Positions 47,809 to 47,825 of a DNA stretch of 47,825 nt are shown here, one piece after another. Where the stretch lies: positions 1 through 47,825 of the forward strand of contig JBDUEA010000003.1 in NCBI GenBank assembly GCA_040002695.1, written 5' to 3'. The translations under genes were made by a program, and so were the position numbers. Each line of letters starts with the position of its first letter. Position 1 is the first letter of the stretch. Below the pieces are notes generated by a model. The model saw only the letters and a program-made list of their open reading frames with translations, was not told the DNA's origin and made no database searches. The stretch comes from Gemmatimonadota bacterium (lineage in GTDB: Bacteria; Gemmatimonadota; Gemmatimonadetes; Gemmatimonadales; GWC2-71-9).

Positions 47809-47825
47809 GTGCGGGTCCCCAAGTA

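Overview
GC-rich bacterial chromosomal window, almost entirely on the + strand and mostly housekeeping. Gene content (PadR/ADOP pair, FCB-type SecA inserts) suggests Gemmatimonadota; this is an inference. Order: 3' end of an SDR; PadR + ADOP permease; Cys-rich Rossmann-like hypothetical, trxB, MBL hydrolase, six-Cys microprotein, GT4 and flippase-like membrane protein; cupin (-); aspA; Rrf2; moeB; tRNA-Leu(CAG) (-); smpB, amidase, TPR lipoprotein, pyrD, pyrF, secreted hypothetical; a stand-alone rpmJ-rpsM-rpsK-rpsD-rpoA-rplQ operon; rpmB (-); gmd, rmd, carB, murB; wbpD/E/B/A-like, ugd, uxs and epimerase nucleotide-sugar genes; two TPR proteins, bamD, nadD, secA; radC, rel; EVE; uvrB, tsaE, tsaB, rimI. 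I saw no mobile element, prophage or CRISPR array. Best novelty candidates: (1) a promoter-proximal two-hairpin leader with complementary loops (possible kissing-loop RNA) before the wbpE-like gene; (2) a putative thiol/metal-redox module around trxB with an unassigned Cys-rich protein, a six-Cys microprotein and a possible leaderless uORF; (3) candidate operators (PadR, Rrf2, uvrB) and recurrent leaderless TANNNT-N5-6-ATG starts. All calls were made by eye from motifs; no searches or folding programs were run.
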